Shown here piece by piece: positions 25,947 through 35,025 of a stretch of 64,000 nt of DNA; position 1 is the first letter of the stretch; each line of letters opens with the position of its first letter. Both the position numbers and the translations under genes were made by a program. The notes beneath the pieces are model-generated. The model did no database searches. It had not been told where the DNA came from and saw only the letters and a list, made by a program, of their open reading frames with translations. The stretch is from an uncultured Verrucomicrobiota bacterium (GTDB taxonomy: Bacteria > Verrucomicrobiota > Kiritimatiellia > RFP12 > UBA1067), in NCBI GenBank assembly GCA_946533675.1, contig CAMNBZ010000001.1:64224-128223 (forward strand), read 5' to 3'.

Positions 25947-27323
25947 TCAGTAGGGGATTTTGAACGTCAGTTTCGACCCGAGCCCGCGCTTCGACCACAC
26001 GTCCATCTCGCCGCCGAGCGCCGCGCACCGCCGCTCCATACCGGCCATCCCGTAGTGGCCCGCCGCGCGGCTCGCCTCGGCGTCGAACCCCGCGCCGTCG
26101 TCCACGACCGTCATCGTCAGCGCCGTCTCGCCGAACGCGAGCCCCACGCGCACGTTTTGGGCGCGGCCGTGCTTGAGCGCGTTGCCGACCGCCTCCTGCA
26201 TGATGAGAAGGAGGCTCGCCGCCGACTTGCGCGCGACCTTGCGCTCCTCGCCCTCGGCGCGGATCTGCACGAGCCCCTCCCAGTGCGCCATGCGCCGCGC
26301 CGTGAAACCGAAGAGCTCCATCAGCGACTCGGGCCCTTCCGACTCCTCGTTCATCGCCCACAAGGTCGCCCTCAGGCCGTTCTGCGTGTGCTGGAGCGCC
26401 GCCTTCACGGCTTCGAGCTGTTCGCGCGTCTGCGGCGCGGCCGCAGGCGGGAGCTTGTTCATCGCCGCCTTGAGCCGGAACATCGCCGCGGCGAGATACT
26501 GCTGGAAGCCGTCGTGCAGATCGGCCGCGAGCCGCAGGCGCTCGCGCCGCGCGGCGTCCGCCTCGATGCGCTCCGTCTCGCGCGCGCGGATCGCCGCCGA
26601 CAGCTCCGCGCTGCGCCGCGCCACCATGCGCCGGAGCGTCACCGCCCACGCGAGAATCGCCGCCGTCAGCGCGAGGAGCGCGCCCAGAAGCGTGAAGAGG
26701 CGGCGCGTCGTCCAGATCGGCGCGCGCCGGACGACCTGGATGGCGTCGGGCGAAAGCGGCAGCAGCTCCACGTTCTCGACGCGCGCGAACACGCCGGCGT
26801 CGAAATTCTCGATCGACGTGTAGACGAGCGCGCCCGTCACGCGCACCGTCGCGCCGAGCACCCATTCGGAGGGCAGCGGCGTCTCGATCGACCACGGCAC
26901 CTCGACCTGGAGGTTGTGGTCGCCCTCGCCGACGAGCAGCTGCGTCGACGACTGGCGGCGGTTGATGTCGCGCAGGAGCCCTTCCGTCGTCACCGGCGCG
27001 CCGTACCAGTCCGTCTCGCCGTACGGCATCACCTCGTCGAAGATCTCGGCGATCGTCGCGGCGCGCGCGGCGGGGAGCGGCGCGCCGGACGCGCGCTTCT
27101 CCACGCGCGTGGCGACGAGCCGCCGCTTGACCGAGCGCTCCACCTCGCCGCGCACGGCGACGCGGTCGCCCACGGTGACGGGCGGCTTTTCGCCGTTCGC
27201 GTTCTCGACGCGCCAGCTGGAACCGGCGTCGTCGGCGATGAAGACGAAGTCCAGCCCGTCGCGCTCGAACGTCACGACGCCGGACAGGTTGGTCACCGTC
27301 GCCAGAAGAAGCGGCAGCAGCAT
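25947..27323 (-). CDS. sensor histidine kinase (HisKA_3 / NarL-partner type)
   Basis: TM helix, H-box RLRLAADLHDGFQQYL, HATPase region GNALKHGRAQNVRV..VVDDGAGFD..GLGSKLTF. Confidence 0.85.
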   Translation of the reverse strand: MLLPLLLATVTNLSGVVTFERDGLDFVFIADDAGSSWRVENANGEKPPVTVGDRVAVRGEVERSVKRRLVATRVEKRASGAPLPAARAATIAEIFDEVMPYGETDWYGAPVTTEGLLRDINRRQSSTQLLVGEGDHNLQVEVPWSIETPLPSEWVLGATVRVTGALVYTSIENFDAGVFARVENVELLPLSPDAIQVVRRAPIWTTRRLFTLLGALLALTAAILAWAVTLRRMVARRSAELSAAIRARETERIEADAARRERLRLAADLHDGFQQYLAAAMFRLKAAMNKLPPAAAPQTREQLEAVKAALQHTQNGLRATLWAMNEESEGPESLMELFGFTARRMAHWEGLVQIRAEGEERKVARKSAASLLLIMQEAVGNALKHGRAQNVRVGLAFGETALTMTVVDDGAGFDAEASRAAGHYGMAGMERRCAALGGEMDVWSKRGLGSKLTFKIPY

Positions 27324-27326
27324 CGT

Positions 27327-29264
27327 CTACTCCCTCCCCTCGCCGCGCCCGGGCGCGTCGCCGCGCAGCACCCAGCCCGCGTGGCGGCCGTCGTCGAGGC
27401 GCACCCACGCGCCGGACGTCTCGGTCGTGACGAGCGCCGCGTCCGCCGCCGCCACCGCCACCACCGGCGCGTCGGCGCGCGGCGCGAAGCGCAGCTTCAG
27501 CTGCCGGGCGCCCGCCCGGCCCGCGTCGTCGACGGCGACCGTCTCGGCCACCTCTTCGCCCGGCGCCATGTACCGGAGCGCCGCGCCCGCCGCCCGGAGC
27601 GTGCGGTACGTCTTCGTGTCGGTGTCGTAGCACGTCAGCGTCTCGTCGGGCAGACGCGGCGCGCCCGACGCGACGACATACCGCCGCCAGACGAGCCGCG
27701 AAGCCGACCGCTCCAGCGCGTCCGCGACCGCGTCCGGCGGCGCGTAGCCCGCATAGTCGAGCGTGCAGGTGACGACGACCACGTCGTTCGTCTCGACGAC
27801 GTTGCGGTCGAAGCTCTGGCGCAGCCGGAAGCCGGAGCCGACGATTCCCGAAAAGTCGGCCGGCTGGCCGGCGGTCGGCAGCGGCCGGATCTCGAGCGCG
27901 AGCGGCGCGGACGTCGCGGAAAAGCTCTGCGAAAAGGTGAAGCTCGCGTGACCGCGCGTCTGACGCCCCGTCGCCAGGCCGTCCACGCGGAACGTCAGCT
28001 CGCCCGTGAACGGCACGTCGTAGCGGACCGGCACCTTCAGCCGCTTGACGACGTTCGACGGATTCGCCGACGGTGCGTCCGGCAGGTTGACGGCCGGCCC
28101 CTGCACCGCGAGGCCGAACGTCTCCGACGGCGTCAGGTTCAGCTGCCCGAGCGTGTGCGATTTCGGCACGTCGAGCGACACGATGAAGTCGAACGTCTCG
28201 CCGACCTGGAGATCGCGGCGGCTCGTGGCGACGGTGGCCGTGACCGCGACGGGCGGCTGCCGCGCGCCGTTGATCGTGAAGCCGCCCATCATCGTGTTCA
28301 TGTTGCTCATCATCTGCTCGTGCATCCGCTCCATCTCTTCAAAGAGGTCGTGCACCGGCGAGGCCGCCGGCGCCTGCGCGTGCGCCGTGAGCGCGCACGC
28401 GGCGACGAGCGCGACGCAGGCAAGCGCGCGCACGAGCCGCCCCAGCGCCCAGACGACCGCCAGCGCCGCCGCGAAAAATCCGAGCGCGAGGCCCACGCGC
28501 CCCCGCCACGCGTGGCGCAGCACGGGCCGGGCGACCTGCCGCCACATCGGCAGCTCCACCGCCGCGCTGTCGTGCTTGCGCGCGAGCGCGGCGACGAGCC
28601 CACGTTCGATCGCCGGCGTCTGGCCCGTGCGCCATTCCAGCGCGGAATAGATCCTGAGCGCCTTCGCCCAGCTGCCGTCGAGGATGTGGCACGCCGCCTC
28701 GTTGAGCCGCGCCTCCGGGAAGTCGAAGGTCGCGAACGCGGCGGCCGTCGGCGCGCGGCACGCCTTGCGCCAGCGGAAGAGCTCGTCGTCGTCCAGCGCC
28801 ACGGACGGCTGCAGGAGGAGGCCGTCCGGCTGCGGCAGGCCGCCCTGCGCGTCGTCGAGGCCCGCGAGCGCCGCCTGCGTGCCCGGCTTGACGTGCACCG
28901 GGATCGGCCGCGTCGCCGCGCGCGCCGCGCCGCCGTTGTAGGCGAATTCGAGCGCGGGAAATTCGAGCACGCCTTCGCGCAGCGGACGCACGCGGTAGAC
29001 GAGCCGGCGCGCGTCGCGGTAGGTGTCGGTCTTCGCGCTGACGTCGTCCACCTTCCACGCGCGGCGGTCGACCTCGCGCGAGAGCGCGGGCGGGTGCAGC
29101 TCGGCGAAATCCGCCGTGCCGATGAAGTCGACGGTGAGGATCATCGGATCGCCGAGGCGCACGTTGTTCGCGTCGAACGCGGCGCGCGCCGTCAGCCGCC
29201 CGCCCGTCACGCCGTCCAGATTGATGGTGCCCAGAAGGAGGCACGCTGCCAGAAGTGCATTCAT
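27327..29264 (-). CDS. BatD-like secreted/membrane protein
   Basis: Start reset to ATG 29262-29264 (MNALLAACLLLGTINL signal peptide, ATGA-coupled). Two BatD-like beta-rich modules (VRLGDPMILTVDF.., LQVGETFDFIVSLDV..) are separated by TM helices. The track ORF N-terminus (to 30053) is an Arg/Ala-rich out-of-frame artefact. Confidence 0.5.
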   Translation of the reverse strand: MNALLAACLLLGTINLDGVTGGRLTARAAFDANNVRLGDPMILTVDFIGTADFAELHPPALSREVDRRAWKVDDVSAKTDTYRDARRLVYRVRPLREGVLEFPALEFAYNGGAARAATRPIPVHVKPGTQAALAGLDDAQGGLPQPDGLLLQPSVALDDDELFRWRKACRAPTAAAFATFDFPEARLNEAACHILDGSWAKALRIYSALEWRTGQTPAIERGLVAALARKHDSAAVELPMWRQVARPVLRHAWRGRVGLALGFFAAALAVVWALGRLVRALACVALVAACALTAHAQAPAASPVHDLFEEMERMHEQMMSNMNTMMGGFTINGARQPPVAVTATVATSRRDLQVGETFDFIVSLDVPKSHTLGQLNLTPSETFGLAVQGPAVNLPDAPSANPSNVVKRLKVPVRYDVPFTGELTFRVDGLATGRQTRGHASFTFSQSFSATSAPLALEIRPLPTAGQPADFSGIVGSGFRLRQSFDRNVVETNDVVVVTCTLDYAGYAPPDAVADALERSASRLVWRRYVVASGAPRLPDETLTCYDTDTKTYRTLRAAGAALRYMAPGEEVAETVAVDDAGRAGARQLKLRFAPRADAPVVAVAAADAALVTTETSGAWVRLDDGRHAGWVLRGDAPGRGEGRE

Positions 29265-30145
29265 CGCGAACTCGTCACCTCGTAAAGGATCGTGATCGGC
29301 TCGGCGCTGTACTTCGCGATGAAGTCGCGCGTCAGCCCGCGCACCGTGCCGACGCCCTGCACGACCTTGAGCGCCGCCGCGTCCGTCACCGGGTCGCCGC
29401 ACGAGCGCGACACATGGGCCGAGGCGATCGCGCCGGCCGCGTTGAGGCGGATCGTGATCGTGACGGTGCCCGTGCGCCCGATCTGCGGCGTGAGCTGCTG
29501 CCACCGCCGGTCGATCGCGCTCTTGAGCATGTAGAGGCACTGCTCCATCTCGTTGTTCGGAATCGATTCCACCGCGCCGGCCTTCGCGCCCATCGCCAGC
29601 ATCTTCGCGATCTCCGCGTCGCTCAGCGTCTTGGGGCCCGTCCTGCCGTTGCGCGGCGGCGTGGGCGGCTTCGGGCGGTCCTTGACGTCCTTCGCGCTCT
29701 CGCGCATGCGCCTGAGCTTCTCCTCGCGCAGCTCCGCCGCCGTCTTCTTCGGCGGCTCGGGCTTCGGCTCCGGCTTCTTCTCCTCGACCTTCGGCTTCTC
29801 GGGCTCTTTCGGCTTCTCCGGCTCCTTCTTCTCGACGACCGCCTCCTTCGCCTCGACCGTGACGGGCGGCGGCGCGGGCGGCGGCTCCGCGACCGGCTCC
29901 GGCGGCGGCGCGGGCTCCGGCGGCTGAAGGTCCTCGGGCGTGAGCGGCGGCGGTTCGTTCTCGTCGCCGTTGAGGTTCTCGACCGGCACGACCGTCCAGT
30001 CCATCGGGATGACGAGCGGCTGTTCGTTCAGCTTCAGCTGGCCCAGCCACCACAGGCCTAGGAACAGCACGACATGGAGCGCGACGGCGAAGCCGTAGTT
30101 CGCCGCGCTCTGCACTTTCGGTCGCTCTTCCTGGTCGATGTACAT
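29261..30145 (-). CDS. TonB/TolA-like energy-transducer protein
   Basis: TM anchor YGFAVALHVVLFLGLWWL, Pro/Glu/Lys-rich linker (PPEPAPPPEPVAEPPPAPPP, KEPEKPKEPEKPK), TonB_C-like C-terminal domain. ATG 30143-30145 chosen because the ATG at 30176-30178 lies inside the -10 element. Confidence 0.6.
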   Translation of the reverse strand: MYIDQEERPKVQSAANYGFAVALHVVLFLGLWWLGQLKLNEQPLVIPMDWTVVPVENLNGDENEPPPLTPEDLQPPEPAPPPEPVAEPPPAPPPVTVEAKEAVVEKKEPEKPKEPEKPKVEEKKPEPKPEPPKKTAAELREEKLRRMRESAKDVKDRPKPPTPPRNGRTGPKTLSDAEIAKMLAMGAKAGAVESIPNNEMEQCLYMLKSAIDRRWQQLTPQIGRTGTVTITIRLNAAGAIASAHVSRSCGDPVTDAAALKVVQGVGTVRGLTRDFIAKYSAEPITILYEVTSSR

Positions 30146-30165
30146 GGTGTCGTCGCTTTCGGACG

Positions 30166-30182
30166 CATAGTATATCATATCC
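30166..30182 (-). promoter_or_regulatory. extended -10 promoter (ATATGATATACTATG)
   Basis: Motif family TGATATAMTAT, about 24 nt upstream of ATG 30145. Confidence 0.45.
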
Positions 30183-30250
30183 CGCCGCCGCGCGTCAGTC
30201 GGTCTTGTCGGCCCGGCGGACTCACGCGCCGCGCACCGCCGAAAGAAGGA

Positions 30251-30562
30251 CGGGGACAGACCCCGCACGGATGCGCTCAATCGTCTGGTAGGGGCGATTG
30301 TCCTCAATCGCCCGCGATTCGTCGATGCGGCTGCTTGAGGACAAGCAGCCCTACCAGCTCTGCCCCGCAGCGTGGGGATTGTTTAACGCAGAGGCGCAGA
30401 GACGCAGAGGACGCAGAGTTTTTTTGAAATCAGCGGGGACAGACTCCGCACGGATGCGCGCAATCGTCTGGTAGGGGCGATTGTCCTCAATCGCCCGCGA
30501 TTCGTCGATGCGGCTGCTTGAGGACAAGCAGCCCTACCAGCTCTGCGTCTCTGCGTTAAAAC
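30251..30562. repeat. REP-like array: two 113-bp units (30251-30363 and 30434-30546, 2 mismatches), each with a convergent hairpin pair, plus a flanking inverted repeat
   Basis: Each unit is cggggacagaccccgcacgg..GGTAGGGGCGATTGTCCTCAATCGCC..GCGGCTGCTTGAGGACAAGCAGCCCTACC. gtttaacgcagag..gacgcagag (30380-30410) is inverted at 30541-30562. Confidence 0.9.
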
Positions 30563-30579
30563 ACAACCAAGGTGCCCGC

Positions 30580-31287
30580 TCAGCGGGTGACCTTGAAGAA
30601 CGCGCCGCCCGCCTTCGCCGGCGTGACGATCGTGATCTCCTCCGCGCCCGTCGCCGCGCGCTCCGCCTCCGGCGCCTCCGTCAGCGCGTCCGGCGTGTCG
30701 CCCGAAACGAGGCCGTAGCCAAGATACGGCGCGCCCTTCACCGTCACGTAGACGTAGCCCGCCTCGACCTTGATGCCCGTGATCTCCGGCTTCGGCAGCT
30801 CCACGCCCGCCGGCAGGTCGCTCGCCGTCGCCGCCGCGCCCGTCAGCGACGCCACCGTGCCGCTGCCGACCGAAACCGTGCCGACCTGGCCCGCCGTGTT
30901 CACCGCGTCCGCCGCGCCCGCGAGGGACGCCGTGCCATCCGCCGCGAATTTGCGCGTGTCGAGCAGATAGACGGCCCACGTGCCGCCCGCGAAGTTCTTC
31001 GCGTAGTCCGCGTCGACCTCGAAGACCGTCGTCGGGCAGCGCCCCTTCTTCGCAAGCGGCGCCTTCAGGACGACCGTGCCGCCCTCGGCGGTGCCGTCGC
31101 CCTTGATCGCGAACTGCGAGAAGTCCTTCGACCAGCACAGCGCGTAGCGCTCGCCGTCGAGGACCTTCACGCCGTCGGCGTACGTGTCCGGGCCGGGCGT
31201 CGAGAACGTGATCAGCACGTCGTTCGCCGCCGCCAGCGCCGCGCCCGCGAGCGCAACCGCGCATCCAAATGTCATCAGCTTCTTCAT
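30580..31287 (-). CDS. secreted hypothetical protein, paralog of 55257..55994
   Basis: MKKLMTFGCAVALAGAALAA signal peptide. ITFSTPGPDTYADG..GERYALCWS..LAKKGRCPTTVFEV..VYLLDTR is shared with the paralog. Confidence 0.7.
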   Translation of the reverse strand: MKKLMTFGCAVALAGAALAAANDVLITFSTPGPDTYADGVKVLDGERYALCWSKDFSQFAIKGDGTAEGGTVVLKAPLAKKGRCPTTVFEVDADYAKNFAGGTWAVYLLDTRKFAADGTASLAGAADAVNTAGQVGTVSVGSGTVASLTGAAATASDLPAGVELPKPEITGIKVEAGYVYVTVKGAPYLGYGLVSGDTPDALTEAPEAERAATGAEEITIVTPAKAGGAFFKVTR

Positions 31288-31361
31288 GTGAATGTGCCTT
31301 TCGTTTTTGAGAGTTTTCGTTGTTCGGAAGTTTTCGCGCAGAGACGCAGCGCGCGCCGCGC

Positions 31362-31865
31362 TTACGCCCTCCTCTTGCGGCGGAGCGCGAGACCCGCGAG
31401 GCCGAACAGCATCAGCAGCCCGCTCGTCGGCTCGGGAACGACCTGCGAGACGGTCAACGGCGAGACCGAGCCCGCGCCAGTCGACGTGTAGACGAAGTTT
31501 TTCCAGGCGTCGTACGAATAAGACTGCCAGCCAACGACCGAACCGTCCGAGTTCCAAAGCTCAACAAGGAAGGTCGTCGCGCTGCTGTAGTCGAACTTGG
31601 CGAACGCGCCGCCGTCCGTCGATGCGGACATGCCCGGATAAGCCGTCGATGCGAGGGCGGAAATGCTCGAGGCTGTCGCCCCCGGCGCATAGAGGTTGAG
31701 GTAGGAATCGCTGCCCTCCGCCTTGATCCTCGCGTAGGCGAATTCAATCGTCGAATTGTTATAGTTGGCATCGCTGACCATCCAGTAGAGGTAGCTGTCC
31801 TCTGCGCGCGCGGCCGTGGCCGCGAGCGCGATGGCGAGAACTGAGAAGATTTTAACCGTCTTCAT
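31362..31865 (-). CDS. PEP-CTERM sorting-domain protein
   Basis: Signal peptide plus C-terminal VPEPTSGLLMLFGLAGLALRRKRRA (PEP motif, TM helix, basic tail). Confidence 0.85.
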   Translation of the reverse strand: MKTVKIFSVLAIALAATAARAEDSYLYWMVSDANYNNSTIEFAYARIKAEGSDSYLNLYAPGATASSISALASTAYPGMSASTDGGAFAKFDYSSATTFLVELWNSDGSVVGWQSYSYDAWKNFVYTSTGAGSVSPLTVSQVVPEPTSGLLMLFGLAGLALRRKRRA

Positions 31866-31886
31866 GTGCGTATTCCTTTTGGCATG

Positions 31887-34800
31887 TTAGAGGTTGATAT
31901 CCTTTGAATTGTTGGATCCGTTCACGAACCAGACGCCCGTGCCGGCCTTGATGGTCGTGTCCTCGACCTTATGGACCGAGCGGCCAATCGTCAAGCCATT
32001 TTGCGTCTCGACTTCTTCAATCGTCGTGTACCCCCACTTATCACCGACCTTGGTATAAACCTTCGGAACGGTCTTCGTGGGAACGACAATCGAGTCATTG
32101 TCGGCGGCGCCAGTCGACTCGATGATGGCGTTCACCGTCGTGTCGCCAGGCGTCGTCGGCGCGACGAGGTTCCAGCCCGCGTCGACCGACACCGCAACCG
32201 GCGCCGCGTTGTAGGCGACCTGGAGCTTGACGGATTCAGACGTCGTGATCGTGACCCAGACCGCCTGGCCGGCCATGAGGTTGACTGCGCTCGCCGCCTT
32301 CGAATGGGTGGTCGCTTCCGTTTCCGTCACCTTGTAGGTCACCTTGGGTTCCCACGCCATTTCCGACGTCAGTTCCCACGTGTAGTAGCATTCATCAGTC
32401 TTCGACCAGACCTTGAGAATGTCGCCCGCCGCGCGGTTCGCCGTATCGATAAGTCCATCGGCCGTGCAAGCCTTCGGGACCGCAACGGCCACCGTGACAG
32501 GCGCCTCGGCGGTTGGCGTCTCGTCAATTACGACCTCTGCTTGAGCGGTGACAAGTTTGCCGTTCTCAATCGTCCAGCCCGCCGGAACATTGCCGGCCGT
32601 GGCGTCGAGGACTTCAATATCGCCCGTCGTGTAGGCCGCGACCGCGTCCGCATAAGTCGCGTAATACGCCGTGCCAATCTTCGCAACGGCCTTATACAGA
32701 CCGGCCTGTGTTGCCGCGGTATCAAGGAAGAGCGTCGCCGCCTTCCCATTCAAGGTCGTCTCACTCAAACTTGTATCATAAAACACCTGTTTTTTCGTCC
32801 CTGTCTTCAAAACGGGGCTTCCTACCGTATAACCGGTGGTTATATTGCCAATCTTCAGAAGCGAAGAGCCCGTCACGTTGATCGTGCCAGTAAAACCATT
32901 GATGTCTGCTATGTCATAACGATCGCTCGTGTTGCCCTTGGAGAGGACAAGCGTGCCAGAGCCAGAAAGTTTGTTGATTTGATTGATATTGTATTGCCAG
33001 CCGTTATTGAAGGTAACAGTTCCCTCGACCTCCAAATTGGGATTAACTGCAATCGTGTAGGCTGCGTCCCAACTAGTTTTGTAGCTGGCCCCGCCGTTAA
33101 TATAGCCCGTGAAGCCGTCTTTAAGTTTGACAGTCGATCCTGCGACACCATAATTGTTAATCGCGAACTCGCCGTTCGGGTTGAAACCAATCTCCGTCGT
33201 GCCGGTCCATTCCGTGGAATGGTAGCCGAAGTTGGATGCCGACTTGACAGCTCCACCAGCGAATACAACGGTTCCGGATCCGCGCAGATAGTTCGGTGAA
33301 TATTTGCATACGAAGTCTGACGTGGAATCCGCAATTGTCAGTTTGCCGTCAACAATCGCACCCCCCGTGAACGTCCATGTTTTGCCAGATGCAACAACGG
33401 CTTGCGCGCCCGCACCGACAACAAGTGACTTGGCGACAAAAGCTTTTTCTGTCGACCCAATCACAAGACGGGTATTGGTTGTATCGCTCGCCCACGAAAT
33501 GGCACCCGCGAAACCGGTCACATCGCCCGTGAACTGAACGTCTTTGTCGCCGGTACCTGCGATTCCGATCTCAAGCGTACCGGAGCCGATGAGTTTGGAA
33601 GAGATCGAGAATACATTGGCGGCATTATACGTTCCATTGATCTTCAATTTCGAATTCGCCGCAATTTCAAGCGTACCAACATTGTGAGCGCCATCGGAGT
33701 AGGCCGTGTTCTTAAGGTATGTTGCGCATGTACCACTATAGCGGACGGTCGATTCTTGATTGCCGAAATCGCCAAGCCAATAAACTGGACTAATCTGATA
33801 GCAATTCTTGAATTCAAACACTCCCGTCCAAGATTCACTATTCTTTAGCGCAGTGCGCACCGTCGCACTGATGACCGACGCGCTGTTGACCGTCCCCGAG
33901 CCGCCACCATTGACCACCAATGTGCCCGAACCAGTCAAACCACCAAGGGAAAAACCATTTTCGTTCAAAGTCACGGTTTCGGAAGATGCAATCGACAGCG
34001 TGTCAGACACATTAGCAAGGAGTTTCAGCGTCGTGGAAGCGTCAACCTTGGCCGCCGCAACCGCCTCCGCCAGCGTCTCGTACTTCGTATCGCCAACCTG
34101 CGCGACATACACCTTCGCGACAAGATAAGTTACATTATCAACCTCACTGGCCTTGTAATCAGCAAGAGCACCCTCACCCAGCGTTTCAGTCTCGGATTCG
34201 CGGAGGATGACAATCTGCGAGCTGCCGGCCGCTTCAATCGCAGCCGCGTAGGTCGGATACTTCACGCCGTCGACGCTCGCAACGCCGAGCTCAACCGTGC
34301 TCGCAACAGACTTCAACTTGCCCGAGCCCGCGAACGCCACACTGCTAACCGCACGGGACTGAGTGTTGTCCAGCGGCAGCCATGTCTGAGTTGTCTTATT
34401 CGCATCAGTATAGGACAGAACCGTGCCCCCAATCGTAAAGCGCGCCTTGGTCTCGCCCAAACGATAGTAGTCAAGCTCGATCTTGGCCGTCACTTCCGTT
34501 GCGCCCTCAGCAACAGGCATCGCGCCCGAAAGCGCGACCCAGACTTTGCCATCCCACGCATAATAGCTCAACGGGCCTTTTTCCGTCTCATACGCCACCG
34601 CCAGCGCCGTCTGCGTATCGGCGGCTGGCGTGTCCAAATCTCCAAGCGCGTTCGGGTAGAAGTACGCCGTGACATTGACGCTCGTCTTGGTCTCCGCATC
34701 AGGCGCCGTCTCGGTAGGCGTCAGCGTCATCCGCTCATTCGTATCGAGGTCAAGCGTAATCACGCCCTCCGCGACCTCCACGCCCGAATCGGGGTGAGAC

Positions 34801-34922
34801 CAGTCGGCATTCGTTTTGGTGAGTTCCTTCCCACTCGCAGAGCCGGAAAACCATGGGGAATCCGACGCTTTTGCAACGATAACGGAGAATGCGCACGCAA
34901 GTGCGAGAATGATTTTTTTCAT
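31887..34922 (-). CDS. large secreted repeat protein (beta-helix/adhesin-like), 1011 aa
   Basis: MKKIILALACAFSVIVAKA signal peptide. Recurring GSGTL(V/E).. motifs (GSGTLVVNGGGSGTV, GSGTLEIGIAG, GSGTVVFAGG, GSGTLVLSKG). The C-terminal roughly 250 aa resemble 54446..55237. Confidence 0.7.
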   Translation of the reverse strand: MKKIILALACAFSVIVAKASDSPWFSGSASGKELTKTNADWSHPDSGVEVAEGVITLDLDTNERMTLTPTETAPDAETKTSVNVTAYFYPNALGDLDTPAADTQTALAVAYETEKGPLSYYAWDGKVWVALSGAMPVAEGATEVTAKIELDYYRLGETKARFTIGGTVLSYTDANKTTQTWLPLDNTQSRAVSSVAFAGSGKLKSVASTVELGVASVDGVKYPTYAAAIEAAGSSQIVILRESETETLGEGALADYKASEVDNVTYLVAKVYVAQVGDTKYETLAEAVAAAKVDASTTLKLLANVSDTLSIASSETVTLNENGFSLGGLTGSGTLVVNGGGSGTVNSASVISATVRTALKNSESWTGVFEFKNCYQISPVYWLGDFGNQESTVRYSGTCATYLKNTAYSDGAHNVGTLEIAANSKLKINGTYNAANVFSISSKLIGSGTLEIGIAGTGDKDVQFTGDVTGFAGAISWASDTTNTRLVIGSTEKAFVAKSLVVGAGAQAVVASGKTWTFTGGAIVDGKLTIADSTSDFVCKYSPNYLRGSGTVVFAGGAVKSASNFGYHSTEWTGTTEIGFNPNGEFAINNYGVAGSTVKLKDGFTGYINGGASYKTSWDAAYTIAVNPNLEVEGTVTFNNGWQYNINQINKLSGSGTLVLSKGNTSDRYDIADINGFTGTINVTGSSLLKIGNITTGYTVGSPVLKTGTKKQVFYDTSLSETTLNGKAATLFLDTAATQAGLYKAVAKIGTAYYATYADAVAAYTTGDIEVLDATAGNVPAGWTIENGKLVTAQAEVVIDETPTAEAPVTVAVAVPKACTADGLIDTANRAAGDILKVWSKTDECYYTWELTSEMAWEPKVTYKVTETEATTHSKAASAVNLMAGQAVWVTITTSESVKLQVAYNAAPVAVSVDAGWNLVAPTTPGDTTVNAIIESTGAADNDSIVVPTKTVPKVYTKVGDKWGYTTIEEVETQNGLTIGRSVHKVEDTTIKAGTGVWFVNGSNNSKDINL

Positions 34923-34955
34923 GATTTGACTCCTGCTGATAAATCCATGACAACC

Positions 34956-34970
34956 GTATATTACCAAATC
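34956..34970 (-). promoter_or_regulatory. possible extended -10 (TTTGGTAATAT)
   Basis: About 35 nt upstream of ATG 34922. Weaker member of the motif family. Confidence 0.3.
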
Positions 34971-35025
34971 CGTCAGGACGACACAAGGGGGAAATCAAAA
35001 AAAATTCCCCCAAGCGGGGGAAAAA

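Noticed and set aside
26055-29285. Very long plus-strand ORFs in the GC-rich half: 26055..29285 (1076 aa), 35859..38942 (1027 aa), 44137..46830 (897 aa), 51395..54121 (908 aa), 47502..49667, 59447..61774, 22680..24215 and others.
   Set aside because: They are Arg/Ala/Asp/His-rich and low-complexity. They lie antisense to minus-strand genes that carry clear family motifs (BatD/HK, CPA2/ilvC, Trx protein, lepA, parC, rpoA). These are typical stop-poor shadow frames of high-GC DNA.
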